The position numbers were made by a program, and so were the translations under genes. The notes beneath the pieces were generated by a model. The model worked only from the letters and a program-made list of their open reading frames with translations. It searched no databases and was not told the origin of the DNA. Shown in pieces: positions 31,820-46,347 of a DNA stretch of 64,000 bases. The stretch lies in assembly GCF_000006765.1 (NCBI RefSeq), contig NC_002516.2, one strand, 5' to 3'. How positions within the stretch are numbered: the first letter of the stretch is position 1; each line of letters starts with the position of its first letter. This DNA comes from Pseudomonas aeruginosa PAO1. GTDB taxonomy: Bacteria > Pseudomonadota > Gammaproteobacteria > Pseudomonadales > Pseudomonadaceae.

Positions 31820-33154
31820 ATGACAATGAATGACGAGCCGCAGTCGAGCAGCCTCGACAACTTCTGGATGCCCTTCACCGCCAACCGCCAGTTCAAGGCG
31901 CGGCCGCGCCTGCTGGAAAGCGCCGAAGGCATCCACTATATCGCCCAGGGCGGGCGCCGCATCCTCGACGGCACCGCCGGCCTCTGGTGCTGCAATGCCG
32001 GCCACGGCCGGCGCGAGATCAGCGAAGCGGTGGCCCGGCAGATCGCCACCCTCGACTACGCCCCGCCGTTCCAGATGGGTCACCCGCTGCCGTTCGAACT
32101 CGCCGCGCGGCTGACGGAAATCGCCCCGCCGAGCCTGAACAAAGTATTCTTCACCAACTCCGGCTCGGAATCGGCGGACACCGCGCTGAAGATCGCCCTT
32201 GCCTACCAGCGCGCCATCGGCCAGGGCACCCGCACCCGCCTGATCGGCCGCGAACTGGGCTACCACGGGGTCGGCTTCGGCGGCCTGTCGGTAGGCGGTA
32301 TGGTCAACAACCGCAAGGCCTTCTCCGCCAACCTGCTGCCGGGGGTCGACCACCTGCCGCACACCCTGGACGTCGCCCGCAACGCCTTCACCGTCGGCCT
32401 GCCCGAGCATGGCGTGGAAAAGGCCGAGGAGCTGGAACGCCTGGTGACCCTGCACGGCGCCGAGAATATCGCCGCGGTGATCGTCGAGCCGATGTCCGGC
32501 TCGGCCGGCGTGGTGCTGCCGCCCAAGGGCTACCTTCAGCGGCTGCGCGAGATAACCCGCAAGCATGGCATCCTGCTGATCTTCGACGAAGTGATCACCG
32601 GTTTCGGCCGCGTCGGCGAAGCCTTCGCCGCGCAGCGCTGGGGCGTCGTCCCGGACCTGCTGACCTGCGCCAAGGGGCTGACCAACGGCAGCATCCCGAT
32701 GGGCGCCGTATTCGTCGACGAGAAGATCCATGCTGCCTTCATGCAAGGCCCGCAGGGCGCCATCGAGTTCTTCCACGGCTATACCTATTCCGGCCATCCG
32801 GTAGCCTGCGCCGCCGCCCTGGCGACCCTGGACATCTACCGTCGCGACGACCTGTTCCAGCGGGCCGTCGAACTGGAAGGCTACTGGCAGGACGCGCTGT
32901 TCAGCCTGCGCGACCTGCCCAACGTGGTCGACATCCGCGCCGTAGGCCTGGTCGGCGGCGTGCAACTGGCGCCGCACGCGGACGGCCCCGGCAAGCGCGG
33001 CTACGACGTCTTCGAGCGCTGCTTCTGGGAGCACGACCTGATGGTCCGGGTGACCGGCGACATCATCGCCATGTCGCCGCCGCTGATCATCGACAAGCCC
33101 CACATCGACCAGATCGTCGAGCGCCTGGCCCAGGCCATCCGCGCCAGCGTCTGA
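31820..33154 (+). CDS. gabT2: Class-III PLP aminotransferase (omega-amino acid:pyruvate), 444 aa
   Basis: 'DGTAGLWC', 'LIFDEVITGFGR', 'CAKGLT'. Confidence 0.88.
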   Translation: MTMNDEPQSSSLDNFWMPFTANRQFKARPRLLESAEGIHYIAQGGRRILDGTAGLWCCNAGHGRREISEAVARQIATLDYAPPFQMGHPLPFELAARLTEIAPPSLNKVFFTNSGSESADTALKIALAYQRAIGQGTRTRLIGRELGYHGVGFGGLSVGGMVNNRKAFSANLLPGVDHLPHTLDVARNAFTVGLPEHGVEKAEELERLVTLHGAENIAAVIVEPMSGSAGVVLPPKGYLQRLREITRKHGILLIFDEVITGFGRVGEAFAAQRWGVVPDLLTCAKGLTNGSIPMGAVFVDEKIHAAFMQGPQGAIEFFHGYTYSGHPVACAAALATLDIYRRDDLFQRAVELEGYWQDALFSLRDLPNVVDIRAVGLVGGVQLAPHADGPGKRGYDVFERCFWEHDLMVRVTGDIIAMSPPLIIDKPHIDQIVERLAQAIRASV

Positions 33155-33218
33155 TCCAGGCGGGCGGCTGGCGCCGCCCTGCCCCAACTGGCCAGAACCA
33201 CAAGAACCGAGAGTCAGC

Positions 33219-33581
33219 ATGAACATCGAACAGATCGTCGACTTCGCCCAGGCCAACAGCGCCCCGGAGCACTACAGCCCGGCGCCGGAGAAAATCCTCA
33301 AGGGCGACCCGAAACAGAGCGTGCGCAACCACTACGGCAGCCCCTGCGGGCAGTTCAACGCCGGTATCTGGGAAGGCGCCGTGGGCCAGTGGACGGTGAA
33401 CTACACCGAACACGAGTACTGCGAGATCATCCAGGGCGTCTCGGTGCTGCGCGACCGGCACGGCAACGCCAAGACCGTGCGCGCCGGCGACCGCTTCGTG
33501 ATCCCTGCCGGCTTCCAGGGCACCTGGGAAGTGCTCGAAGCCTGTCGCAAGGTGTATGTGATCTTCGAAGCCAAGGCCTGA
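33219..33581 (+). CDS. Cupin (DUF861-like) protein (120 aa)
   Basis: 'GIWEGAVGQWTVNYTEHEYCEIIQG', 'FVIPAGFQGTWEV'. Confidence 0.85.
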   Translation: MNIEQIVDFAQANSAPEHYSPAPEKILKGDPKQSVRNHYGSPCGQFNAGIWEGAVGQWTVNYTEHEYCEIIQGVSVLRDRHGNAKTVRAGDRFVIPAGFQGTWEVLEACRKVYVIFEAKA

Positions 33582-33614
33582 GCCCCGGCTGCATCCAGAA
33601 TGCTTGTTACCCTT

Positions 33615-33693
33615 GCCCGCCACCTGGCGGGCTTTTTTGTGCGCGGCCCGGGGTTCGTACGCCGGAAATGAAAAAGCCCGCCAGGTGGCGGGC
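33615..33693. terminator. Twin, oppositely oriented identical intrinsic terminators
   Basis: GCCCGCCACCTGGCGGGCTTTTT (33615-33637) and its exact reverse complement (33671-33693). Confidence 0.88.
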
Positions 33694-33715
33694 TTTTCGC
33701 AAGGTGCCGGATCAA

Positions 33716-33871
33716 TTACTTGATCTTGGCTTCCTTGTAGATCACGTGCTGACGAACGACCGGATCGTACTTCTTGATCTCGATCTTCTCAGGCTTGGTA
33801 CGCTTGTTCTTGTCGGTGGTGTAGAAGTGGCCGGTACCGGCGCTGGACACCAGACGAATCAATTCACGCAT
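33716..33871 (-). CDS. rpmG: 50S ribosomal protein L33 (51 aa; absent from the ORF track, under 60 aa)
   Basis: Manual translation: [51 protein letters not shown]. Confidence 0.97.
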
Positions 33872-33882
33872 GATTCAGCTCC

Positions 33883-34119
33883 TTAGAATTTTTCGCCGCG
33901 GGCACGCAGGTCAGCCAGGACGGCCTCGATGCCACGCTTGTCGATGATACGCATGCCCTTGGCGGAAACGCGCAGACGTACGAAGCGCTTCTCGGACTCG
34001 ACCCAGAAACGGTGGTGCTGCAGGTTCGGCAGGAAACGGCGGCGGGTTTTGTTGTGTGCGTGGGAAATGTTATTCCCGGTAACCGGACCCTTACCGGTTA
34101 CTTGACAGACTCTAGACAT
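33883..34119 (-). CDS. rpmB: 50S ribosomal protein L28 (78 aa)
   Basis: [33 protein letters not shown]. Confidence 0.98.
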
Positions 34120-34240
34120 GCCTCAGCCCTCTATAACCTCATGCCCAACCCGGCATGGGTTGGCTGCTTTAACTCAAGTTCGATACTCAGTTTCACCGGG
34201 GTCTTACCCGCTGCATCCCGACGAAGGAGAGCGTGGCCCC
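34120..34240 (-). ncRNA. Structured rpmB 5' leader or small RNA (boundaries uncertain)
   Basis: Overlapping hairpins at 34140-34166. From memory, PAO1 has an sRNA annotated in this intergenic region; not verifiable here. Confidence 0.35.
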
Positions 34241-34474
34241 AGAAAAGAGCGCAGCTTTATATCAGAAAGGCGCCCCGCGCCGCAAGGGCGAAGGCCCATG
34301 GCGCAGCCGCGGCCCGCCTCGCTGCGGGCTTCGCACCGCGGCCGTTCGTCGCCTTGCCTCGTTGTCGCTGCCCGCCGCATGGTCTAGGGTAGCGATTCAA
34401 GGTCGCCAACGGCCTTGCATGACTGCGCCCAACCGCTGCGGATGGGCATGTTAACCGTTCGAATGGAGCCCGTC

Positions 34475-36055
34475 ATGCGCCTCGCCGCTTTCTCCCTGTT
34501 CCTCGCCCCCCTGCTACTCGCCCAGCCCGCCGCCGCTGCCGCCTTGAGCGTGTGCACCGAAGCCAGCCCCGAGGGCTTCGACGTGGTCCAGTACAACTCG
34601 CTGACCACCACCAACGCCTCGGCCGATGTGCTGATGAATCGCCTGGTCGAGTTCGACGCCGGCAAGGGGACGGTGGTGCCCTCGCTGGCCGAGCGCTGGT
34701 CGGTGTCCGACGACGGCCTGAGCTATCGCTTCGACCTGCGCCAGGGTGTGCACTTCCACAGCACCGCCTACTTCAAGCCGAGCCGTACGCTCGACGCCGA
34801 CGACGTGGTGTTCAGCTTCCAGCGCATGCTCGATCCGGCCAATCCCTGGCACAAGGTGGCGCAGAACGGCTTCCCGCACGCCCAGTCGATGCAACTGCCG
34901 GAGCTGATCAAGCGGGTGGAGAAAAGCGGCGACCACCAGGTGCTGTTCGTTCTCGACCACCCCGACGCGACCTTCCTGCCGATGCTGAGCATGGGCTTCG
35001 CCTCCATCTATTCGGCGGAATACGCCGACCAGTTGATGAAGGCCGGAACCCCGGAAAAGCTCAACGCCGAGCCGATCGGCAGCGGCCCGTTCGTGTTCAA
35101 GCGCTTCCAGAAGGACGCGGTGGTGCGCTACGCCGCCAACCCCGAGTACTTCGCCGGCAAGCCGGCGGTCGACGCGCTGATCTTCGCCATCACCCCGGAC
35201 GCCAACGTGCGCCTGCAGAAGTTGCGCCGCGGCGAATGCCAGATCGCCCTGTCGCCGAAGCCGCTGGACGTGGAGAGCGCGCGCAAGGACGCCAGCCTGA
35301 AGGTCGAGCAGACGCCGGCCTTCATGACCGCCTTCGTCGCCCTCAATACCCAGCATCCGCCGCTGGACGATCCCAAGGTGCGCCAGGCGATCAACCTGGC
35401 CTTCGACCGCACCAGCTACCTGCAGGCGGTATTCGAAGGCAGCGCCAGTGCCGCCACCGGCATCTATCCGCCGAACACCTGGAGCTATGCCAGGGATATT
35501 CCCGCCTACCCGCACGCCCCCGAACAGGCGCGCAAGCTGCTGGCCGGCAAGCAGCTTCCCGAGCTGAACATCTGGACCCGCCCGTCCGGCAGCCTGCTCA
35601 ACCCCAACCCGAGCCTCGGCGCCCAACTGCTCCAGGCCGACCTGGCGGAGGCCGGGATCAAGGCCAACATCCGCGTCATCGAATGGGGCGAGTTGATCCG
35701 TCGCGCCAAGAACGGCGAACACGACCTGCTGTTCATGGGTTGGGCAGGCGACAACGGCGATCCGGACAACTTCCTCACTCCGCAATTCAGCTGCGCCAGC
35801 GTCAAGTCGGGGCTCAACTTCGCGCGCTATTGCGACCCCGGCCTGGACAAGCTGATTGCCGACGGCAAGGCCGCCAGCAGCCAGGAACAACGCACCGGCC
35901 TGTACCACCAGGCGCAGAAACTGATCCACGAACAGGCGCTCTGGCTGCCCCTGGCCCACCCGACCGCCTTCGCCCTTACCCGCCAGGAGGTGCAGGGCTA
36001 CCAGGTCAATCCGTTCGGTCGCCAGGATTTCTCTCGGGTCGCCGTGAAACGCTGA
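34475..36055 (+). CDS. dppA5: Orphan ABC dipeptide-binding protein (family 5 SBP), 526 aa
   Basis: Signal peptide; 'VCTEASPEGFD', 'PSLAERWSVSDDGLSYRFDLRQGVHFH', 'PIGSGPF'. Confidence 0.88.
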   Translation: MRLAAFSLFLAPLLLAQPAAAAALSVCTEASPEGFDVVQYNSLTTTNASADVLMNRLVEFDAGKGTVVPSLAERWSVSDDGLSYRFDLRQGVHFHSTAYFKPSRTLDADDVVFSFQRMLDPANPWHKVAQNGFPHAQSMQLPELIKRVEKSGDHQVLFVLDHPDATFLPMLSMGFASIYSAEYADQLMKAGTPEKLNAEPIGSGPFVFKRFQKDAVVRYAANPEYFAGKPAVDALIFAITPDANVRLQKLRRGECQIALSPKPLDVESARKDASLKVEQTPAFMTAFVALNTQHPPLDDPKVRQAINLAFDRTSYLQAVFEGSASAATGIYPPNTWSYARDIPAYPHAPEQARKLLAGKQLPELNIWTRPSGSLLNPNPSLGAQLLQADLAEAGIKANIRVIEWGELIRRAKNGEHDLLFMGWAGDNGDPDNFLTPQFSCASVKSGLNFARYCDPGLDKLIADGKAASSQEQRTGLYHQAQKLIHEQALWLPLAHPTAFALTRQEVQGYQVNPFGRQDFSRVAVKR

Positions 36056-36080
36056 AGGCCACGCCCGGGAGAACCCAGCG

Positions 36081-36629
36081 ATGGATCTCGACCGTCTCTA
36101 CCTGCCGCATTGGCAGTTCAGCGAACACCACCAGCGGCTGATCGACGCGCCGGCCGCAGCGGTACTCGACGCGGTGGAAGACCTGCTGCGCTTCGACGAC
36201 CCGCTGGTGCGCGCCTTCCTCGTCCTGCGCGAAGCGCCGGGAAGGCTGGCCGGCCTGCTGGGCCGGCGCAACGACCTGGCCGGCCGCCCACGCTTCGGCC
36301 TGCATGAGTTCACCCGCCTGGAGCGCCGCGCCGACCAGGCCATCGCCTACGGCCTGGTCGGCCGCTTCTGGCGCGCCGACTTCGCCCTGGAACGCATCGC
36401 GGACGGCGAGCATTTCCGCTGCTACGACCAGCCCGGAGTGGCCAAGCTCGTGCTGTGTTTCCGTTGCACACCCAGCGCCAGCGGTACCCTGCTGCACACG
36501 GAAACCCGGGTGTTCTGCCCCGATCGCGCCAGCCGCCTGCGCTTCACCCCCTACTGGTTGGCGATCCGCCCGGTCAGCGGGCTGATCCGCCGGCGCCTGC
36601 TGGCGGGCATCGAGCGGCGCCTGGGCTGA
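36081..36629 (+). CDS. Conserved hypothetical protein (182 aa)
   Basis: Gene-like start and codon usage; 'LHTETRV...FTPYWLAIRPVSGLIRR'. Probably co-transcribed with dppA5. Confidence 0.75.
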   Translation: MDLDRLYLPHWQFSEHHQRLIDAPAAAVLDAVEDLLRFDDPLVRAFLVLREAPGRLAGLLGRRNDLAGRPRFGLHEFTRLERRADQAIAYGLVGRFWRADFALERIADGEHFRCYDQPGVAKLVLCFRCTPSASGTLLHTETRVFCPDRASRLRFTPYWLAIRPVSGLIRRRLLAGIERRLG

Positions 36630-36645
36630 GCCCTTCGTCGAACGC

Positions 36646-37431
<786 letters not shown>

Positions 37432-37459
37432 TCATCCATTTCCTTATTAAGGCAAGCCT

Positions 37460-38668
37460 ATGCAGCGGCTCTATCGGAAACGCATCGTCCTCGGCGTGGG
37501 CGGCGGCATTGCCGCCTACAAGAGCGCCGAACTGGTCCGCCGCCTGCGCGACCAGGGCGCTGAAGTCCGAGTGGTGATGACCCAGGGCGGCCGCGAGTTC
37601 ATCACGCCCCTGACCCTCCAGGCGTTGTCCGGCCATCCGGTGCATACCGATCTGCTGGACCCGGCGGCGGAAGCCGCGATGGGCCACATCGAACTGGCCC
37701 GCTGGGCCGATCTGGTGCTGATCGCACCGGCTACCGCCGACCTCATGGCGCGCCTGGTCCAGGGCGTGGCCAACGACCTGCTGACCACCCTGGTGCTGGC
37801 CACCGACGCGCAAATCGCCCTGGCACCGGCGATGAACCAGGCCATGTGGCGCGACACCGCGACCCAGGCCAACGCCGAGCTGCTGCGCCAGCGCGGCTTC
37901 CACCTGTTCGGTCCGGCAGCGGGCAGCCAGGCCTGCGGCGACGTCGGCCTCGGACGCATGCTCGAAGCCGAGGAACTGGCGCAGCGCGCCGCCGACTGCT
38001 TCCAGCGCCAGGCGCTGACCGGCGTGCATGTGCTGATCACCGCCGGCCCGACCCAGGAAAACATCGACCCGGTGCGCTACATCACCAACCACAGTTCCGG
38101 AAAGATGGGCTTCGCCCTCGCCGAGGCGGCGGTGGAAGCCGGCGCACGGGTGACCCTGGTCACCGGCCCGGTGCACCTGCCCACGCCCGACCGGGTGCAG
38201 CGCGTCGACGTGGTCAGCGCCCGCGACATGCTGGCCGCCTGCGAGGCGGCGATGCCCTGCGACCTGCTGATCGCCTCCGCGGCGGTCGCCGACTACCGCC
38301 CGGAAGTGGTCGCCGCGCACAAACTGAAGAAAGACCCTACCAGCGGCGAGGGCTTGCTCTTGCAGCTGGTGCGCAATCCCGACATTCTCGCCACCCTCGC
38401 ACAGCGCGAGGATCGTCCCTTCAGCGTGGGCTTCGCCGCAGAAACCGAAAACCTGCTGGACTATGCTGCACGCAAGCTCAAGGACAAGAACCTCGACCTG
38501 ATCGTCGCCAACGACGTGGCCAACCCCTCGATCGGCTTCAACAGCGACGAGAACGCGATCACGGTGATCGACCGCGACCTGCATCCGAGCACCTTCGCCC
38601 AGACCAGCAAGGGCAAGATCGCTCGCCAGCTGGTCGCCTTCATCGCCGACCGCCTCAACCAGCAATGA
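37460..38668 (+). CDS. coaBC: Bifunctional PPC decarboxylase / PPC synthetase (402 aa)
   Basis: 'GGIAAYKS', 'APAMN', 'NHSSGKMG', 'VGFAAET'. Confidence 0.97.
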
Positions 38669-38675
38669 GTTACTG

Positions 38676-39131
38676 ATGCACTCTCTCCAAGCCAAGATCC
38701 TCGACCCCCGCCTGGGCTCCGACTTCCCGCTCCCGCAGTACGCCACGCCGGGCTCGGCCGGCCTGGACCTGCGCGCCATGCTCAAGGAAGACAGCGTCCT
38801 CGGCCCGGGCCAGACCCTGCTGATTCCCACCGGCCTGTCCATCTACATCGCCGATCCCGGCCTCGCCGCCCTGGTCCTGCCGCGCTCCGGCCTGGGGCAC
38901 AAGCACGGCATCGTGCTGGGCAACCTGGTCGGCCTGATCGACTCGGACTACCAGGGCGAGCTGATGGTGTCGTGCTGGAACCGCGGCGAGTCGCCGTTCA
39001 CCATCGCCGTCGGCGAGCGCATCGCGCAGTTGGTACTGGTGCCGGTGGTGCAGGCGCATTTCGAGCTGGTCGAAGCGTTCGACGAAAGCCAGCGCGGCGC
39101 CGGCGGCTTCGGCCATTCCGGCAGCCACTGA
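38676..39131 (+). CDS. dut: dUTPase (151 aa)
   Basis: 'GSAGLDLRA', 'PRSGLG', '[10 protein letters not shown]', '[10 protein letters not shown]'. Confidence 0.98.
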
Positions 39132-39167
39132 CCCCGAACACAGGACGAGACGCCGAGGAGACGCGGC

Positions 39168-42696
<3,529 letters not shown>

Positions 42697-42740
42697 TCGC
42701 CCGCCACGGCGCGCTCCGGCGCGCCATGGCGGTTCCTCCA

Positions 42741-43811
42741 TTAGCGTCGCGCGGCCAGCGTGAAGACCTGGTCCAACGGGCTCGTGCCCTCGCTACGGAA
42801 GGTCGCCGGGCTCACTCCCGTCCAGCGCTTGAACGCGCGCCTGAAACTGCGGATGTCACGGTATCCCACTTCCTCGGTGATGCGTTCGATGGACATCCCG
42901 GGGTTGCCCAGCAGGCTCATCGCCCGCCCTCGTCGCACCTGTTCCAGCAACGCCTCGAAGGTCAGCCCGTGTTCGGCCAGCCGGCGCCGCAGGGTGCGGC
43001 TGCTCATGTTCAGTTCGGCGGAAATCCTTTCGATCTGGCTGCCCAGGCTGAGGTCGCGGGCGATGGCCCGTTCCACCGCCTGGACCAGGTCGAGTTTCCG
43101 GTGCACCTGGGTGCTTTCCTGCTCCAGCAGGGCCAGCGCCTGGCGCAACGCCGGCAGGTTGTGGTTGGGCAGGCGCATGTCCAGCCAGTGGCTGGCGATC
43201 GCCATGCGGTTGTGCAGGCAGCCGAAGCGTACCTGGGGGCCCAGCAGGCGCAGGTACTCGCCCGCGTAGGGCGGAGCGGCATGGATGAGTTCGATGCCCA
43301 GCGGTTCGAACGCCGGGCTGACCAGGGCACGCCCATACACCAGCAGGCTGGCGAAGAACTCCTCGATGGCGAACACCTGCACCTCGCTGCTGGGCAGGTG
43401 GCATTCGACCTCGACGAAGAAGGTGTCGCCCTGCTGGTAGACGCTGGAGGTGACGATACCGCCCGAGCTGTGCTGGTAGCGCACGCCGATGTCGAACGCG
43501 TCGCGCAGGGTCCGGCACAGCGACAGCACATGGCCCAGCAGGCCAAGGGTGCCGAGCACGTTCTGGTGTCCGACCCACAGCCCCAGTCCCCGCTCCGGCA
43601 GGGCCTGGAGGGCACGCTGGATCATGCTCACGGCCTGGCGGTAGGAGATGCGCTGGGTAGGGTCCTGCAGGTCTTCGACGGTGAAGCCCAGGCCCCGGCA
43701 CAGCCGCGCGGGATCGACACCATGGCCTTCGACCACCTCGGCCAGCGTCTGCAGCAGGAAGGTGGATACCTGGGCGAGTTCGTAGCGCGCATCGGCGGCA
43801 TTGTTGTGCAT
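42741..43811 (-). CDS. sphR: Sphingosine-responsive AraC-family activator SphR (356 aa)
   Basis: C-terminal 'LNMSSRTLRRRL...VGYRDIRSFRRAFKRWTG'; divergent from sphA. Confidence 0.9.
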   Translation of the reverse strand: MHNNAADARYELAQVSTFLLQTLAEVVEGHGVDPARLCRGLGFTVEDLQDPTQRISYRQAVSMIQRALQALPERGLGLWVGHQNVLGTLGLLGHVLSLCRTLRDAFDIGVRYQHSSGGIVTSSVYQQGDTFFVEVECHLPSSEVQVFAIEEFFASLLVYGRALVSPAFEPLGIELIHAAPPYAGEYLRLLGPQVRFGCLHNRMAIASHWLDMRLPNHNLPALRQALALLEQESTQVHRKLDLVQAVERAIARDLSLGSQIERISAELNMSSRTLRRRLAEHGLTFEALLEQVRRGRAMSLLGNPGMSIERITEEVGYRDIRSFRRAFKRWTGVSPATFRSEGTSPLDQVFTLAARR

Positions 43812-43925
43812 GGGCGAAATCCTGAGCCGGTCTCGGCTTCGTTCTTGTTCTGGCGGTGGATCGCGACATGGGATGAGCGTCCCATCATATAGCGTTCCGC
43901 ACAGATGTAACAAAGCATTGCGCAG

Positions 43926-43962
43926 TGTCCGCAAATCCCCCCCTCGCTGACCGTCAATGCCC
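43926..43962 (+). promoter_or_regulatory. Putative SphR binding site of sphA
   Basis: TGTCCGCAAATCCCCCCCTCGCTGACCGTCAATGCCC; 29/37 identical to the element upstream of sphB. Confidence 0.8.
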
Positions 43963-44035
43963 TGCCTCGGCCTGCCGTTAGGGCTTATTCCTATGCCGTG
44001 CCCCGAGCCACGCCAACAATAATAAGAGCCCGCCC

Positions 44036-44986
44036 ATGAACCCGATCCGCCCCCACAGGCCCCTGCGCCTGGCCGCCTGCGTCACCCTCGCCGTCAGCTG
44101 CTGCACCCACGCCAGCGAAGGCGGCGTGGACAACATTGGTCCAGGAACCGACGGTTTCTTCACCCTGCCACTGGACGTCGACAACCTCCCCGACCACATG
44201 TTCGCCTTCAACGTCTACTACAACCACTACGAAGCCAGGAAGCTGAACATCAGCTCCTTCGGCGGCAAGGTGTCCGACGTGAAGATCAGCTCGGATGCGA
44301 TCATCCCTCGCCTGGACTACCTGAGCCCGCTGCGGATCTTCGGCGGGCGCCTGGGCGGCTACATCGCCCAGCCCTATCTCCGCCAACGGGTGGCCGCGTT
44401 CGGCCTGAGCGACGAACGGGAAAGCATGGGCGACACCACCTTCGCGCCGATCATCCTCTGGGACATGGGCAAGGACCTGACCCTGGCCGCCGCCGTGGAG
44501 GTCACCGTGCCCACCGGCAAGTACGATGCCGAGCGGCTGGCCAACACCAGCAACAACTTCTACACCTACAAGCCGCTGTTCTCCTTCACCTGGCTGCCCA
44601 CCGAACGCACCGAGCTGTCGCTGAAGGCCACCTACAGCTTCAACATGGAAAACCACGACACCGACTATCGCTCGGGGCAGATCTTCCATTTCGACTATTC
44701 CGCCAGCTACCGGGTGACCGACAACCTGCGCCTCGGCCTGAACGGCTACTACCTCAAGCAGACCACCGACGACAAACAGAACGGCGAGACCGTACGGGTG
44801 TTCGGTTTCGGCGAGGAAGTCGACGACGGCGTACGCGGCCAGGTCTTCGCCATCGGCCCGGCCGTGCACCTGACCTTCCTCAAGTACGCCAGCGCGGAGA
44901 TCCGCTGGGCCAAGGAATTCGACGTGGAGAACCGCCCCGAGGGCGACATGCTCTGGGCCAAGCTGACCATTCCGTTCGAACTCTGA
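44036..44986 (+). CDS. sphA: SphA, outer-membrane beta-barrel (Phenol_MetA_deg-like), 316 aa
   Basis: Signal peptide, alternating beta-strand pattern, C-terminal aromatic 'KLTIPFEL'. Confidence 0.85.
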   Translation: MNPIRPHRPLRLAACVTLAVSCCTHASEGGVDNIGPGTDGFFTLPLDVDNLPDHMFAFNVYYNHYEARKLNISSFGGKVSDVKISSDAIIPRLDYLSPLRIFGGRLGGYIAQPYLRQRVAAFGLSDERESMGDTTFAPIILWDMGKDLTLAAAVEVTVPTGKYDAERLANTSNNFYTYKPLFSFTWLPTERTELSLKATYSFNMENHDTDYRSGQIFHFDYSASYRVTDNLRLGLNGYYLKQTTDDKQNGETVRVFGFGEEVDDGVRGQVFAIGPAVHLTFLKYASAEIRWAKEFDVENRPEGDMLWAKLTIPFEL

Positions 44987-45000
44987 GGCATCGGAACGAA

Positions 45001-45029
45001 GCGGCAGCCCGGTATCCGCGGGCTGCCGC
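45001..45029. terminator. Hairpin between convergent sphA and sphD
   Basis: GCGGCAGCCCG-N7-CGGGCTGCCGC: 11-bp stem. Confidence 0.65.
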
Positions 45030-45056
45030 CATCGACGAGGAAAAGCGCCAGGCGTC

Positions 45057-46334
45057 CTAGGCGTAAACCGGCCAGCGCTCGACGATCCGCCCGCCGCGCA
45101 GCGCCAGCAGGTCGCCGAATTGCAGCAGCACCGACTCGCTCTGGGTCGGCCGCAGGAAGACCTGGTCGTCCACCTCCAGGCCCACCGAAGGCGAGCCGTT
45201 GACCATTTCCTGGTTCGAGCTGCGCCCGTAGATGCCGTTGCTGCGCAGTCCCTCGGGCGAGGCGAAGTCGGCCATCCAGTTGCCGCCGTAGATGAAGAAG
45301 GTGCCGCGCTGGTTGGGGTCCCACCAGGAAAACAGCCGGGACTTGCCGTCCAGCGCCGGGATCTGCACCGCGCCGGTGCTCTTGAGTACCGGCGTGGCGA
45401 TGTAGACGGCCGGCACATGCTCGGCCAGGGACGCCAGGTCGTAGTGGCTCGGCTTGAGCATGGCGGTGCCCACCGAGACCTCGCTGCTCAGCGTTTCCTT
45501 CTCGTGCATGCGATAGCTGGGGCTGCCGGCGGTATTCAGGGTCAGCTGTGGTGTCCACAGCGCGGCGAAGCGCTGGCGGGCGAAGTCGACATGTCCCTGG
45601 TAGAGCGCCATGACCTTGGCGAACAGCTCCTCGGGCGAACCGAGGATGCCCGGCACCCCCATTCCGACGAAGGGGTCGTAGCCCATGAAGCCAGCGAACT
45701 CCAGGTACTGCGGATGCGCCGCGATCAGCGCCAGCAATTCGCCCAGCGCGGCCTGGTCGGCCACTCCGCCGCGATGCAGGCCGACGTCCAGTTCGATGTT
45801 GACGCGCATCCGGGTACCCAGCCCCTGGGCCAGCGCCAGGTACTGACGCAAGCGCTGCGGCGTATCGATCAGCCATTGCAGCTGCCGCGCCGGGTCGAAC
45901 GCACCCTTGTGCTCGCGGTAGAACAGTTCCGCCGAACGCACCGGCAACGGCTTGCCGAGGAGGATGTCGGCATCCGCAAAAGCGACCGCGTCGTGGTTGA
46001 GGAACGGTTGGTGGAAGGACATCAGCCGCCGGGTGCCGGCGCGCCTGGCGATGTACGCCAGCAGGCCGGGCGAAGGCAGCGATTTCTCCACCAGCCGCAG
46101 ATGCTTGCCGCCGCGGCGGACCGAACGCATCACCACATCGATGTTGTGGTCCAGGCGATCGAGGTCGATGAGCAGCACCGGGCACATCGGGCCATTGGCC
46201 TTGAGTTCGCGGTTCAGCGCGCGGAAATAGTCGTCGTACGGCCCGCCACGGTCGGCGGGACGCATCCAGGCGGCAGTTCCCGCCAGCAGCGCGCCGGCCC
46301 CGAGGCCGGCGAACATGAACTTGCGTCGATTCAC
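45057..46334 (-). CDS. sphD: SphD, PLP-dependent alanine-racemase-fold (aldolase-like) protein with Tat signal
   Basis: GTG start; 'NRRKFM' twin-arginine; 'LRLVEKSLPS', 'ELDVGLHRGG'. Confidence 0.82.
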   Translation of the reverse strand: MNRRKFMFAGLGAGALLAGTAAWMRPADRGGPYDDYFRALNRELKANGPMCPVLLIDLDRLDHNIDVVMRSVRRGGKHLRLVEKSLPSPGLLAYIARRAGTRRLMSFHQPFLNHDAVAFADADILLGKPLPVRSAELFYREHKGAFDPARQLQWLIDTPQRLRQYLALAQGLGTRMRVNIELDVGLHRGGVADQAALGELLALIAAHPQYLEFAGFMGYDPFVGMGVPGILGSPEELFAKVMALYQGHVDFARQRFAALWTPQLTLNTAGSPSYRMHEKETLSSEVSVGTAMLKPSHYDLASLAEHVPAVYIATPVLKSTGAVQIPALDGKSRLFSWWDPNQRGTFFIYGGNWMADFASPEGLRSNGIYGRSSNQEMVNGSPSVGLEVDDQVFLRPTQSESVLLQFGDLLALRGGRIVERWPVYA

Positions 46335-46347
46335 GGCGTCGCTCCTT

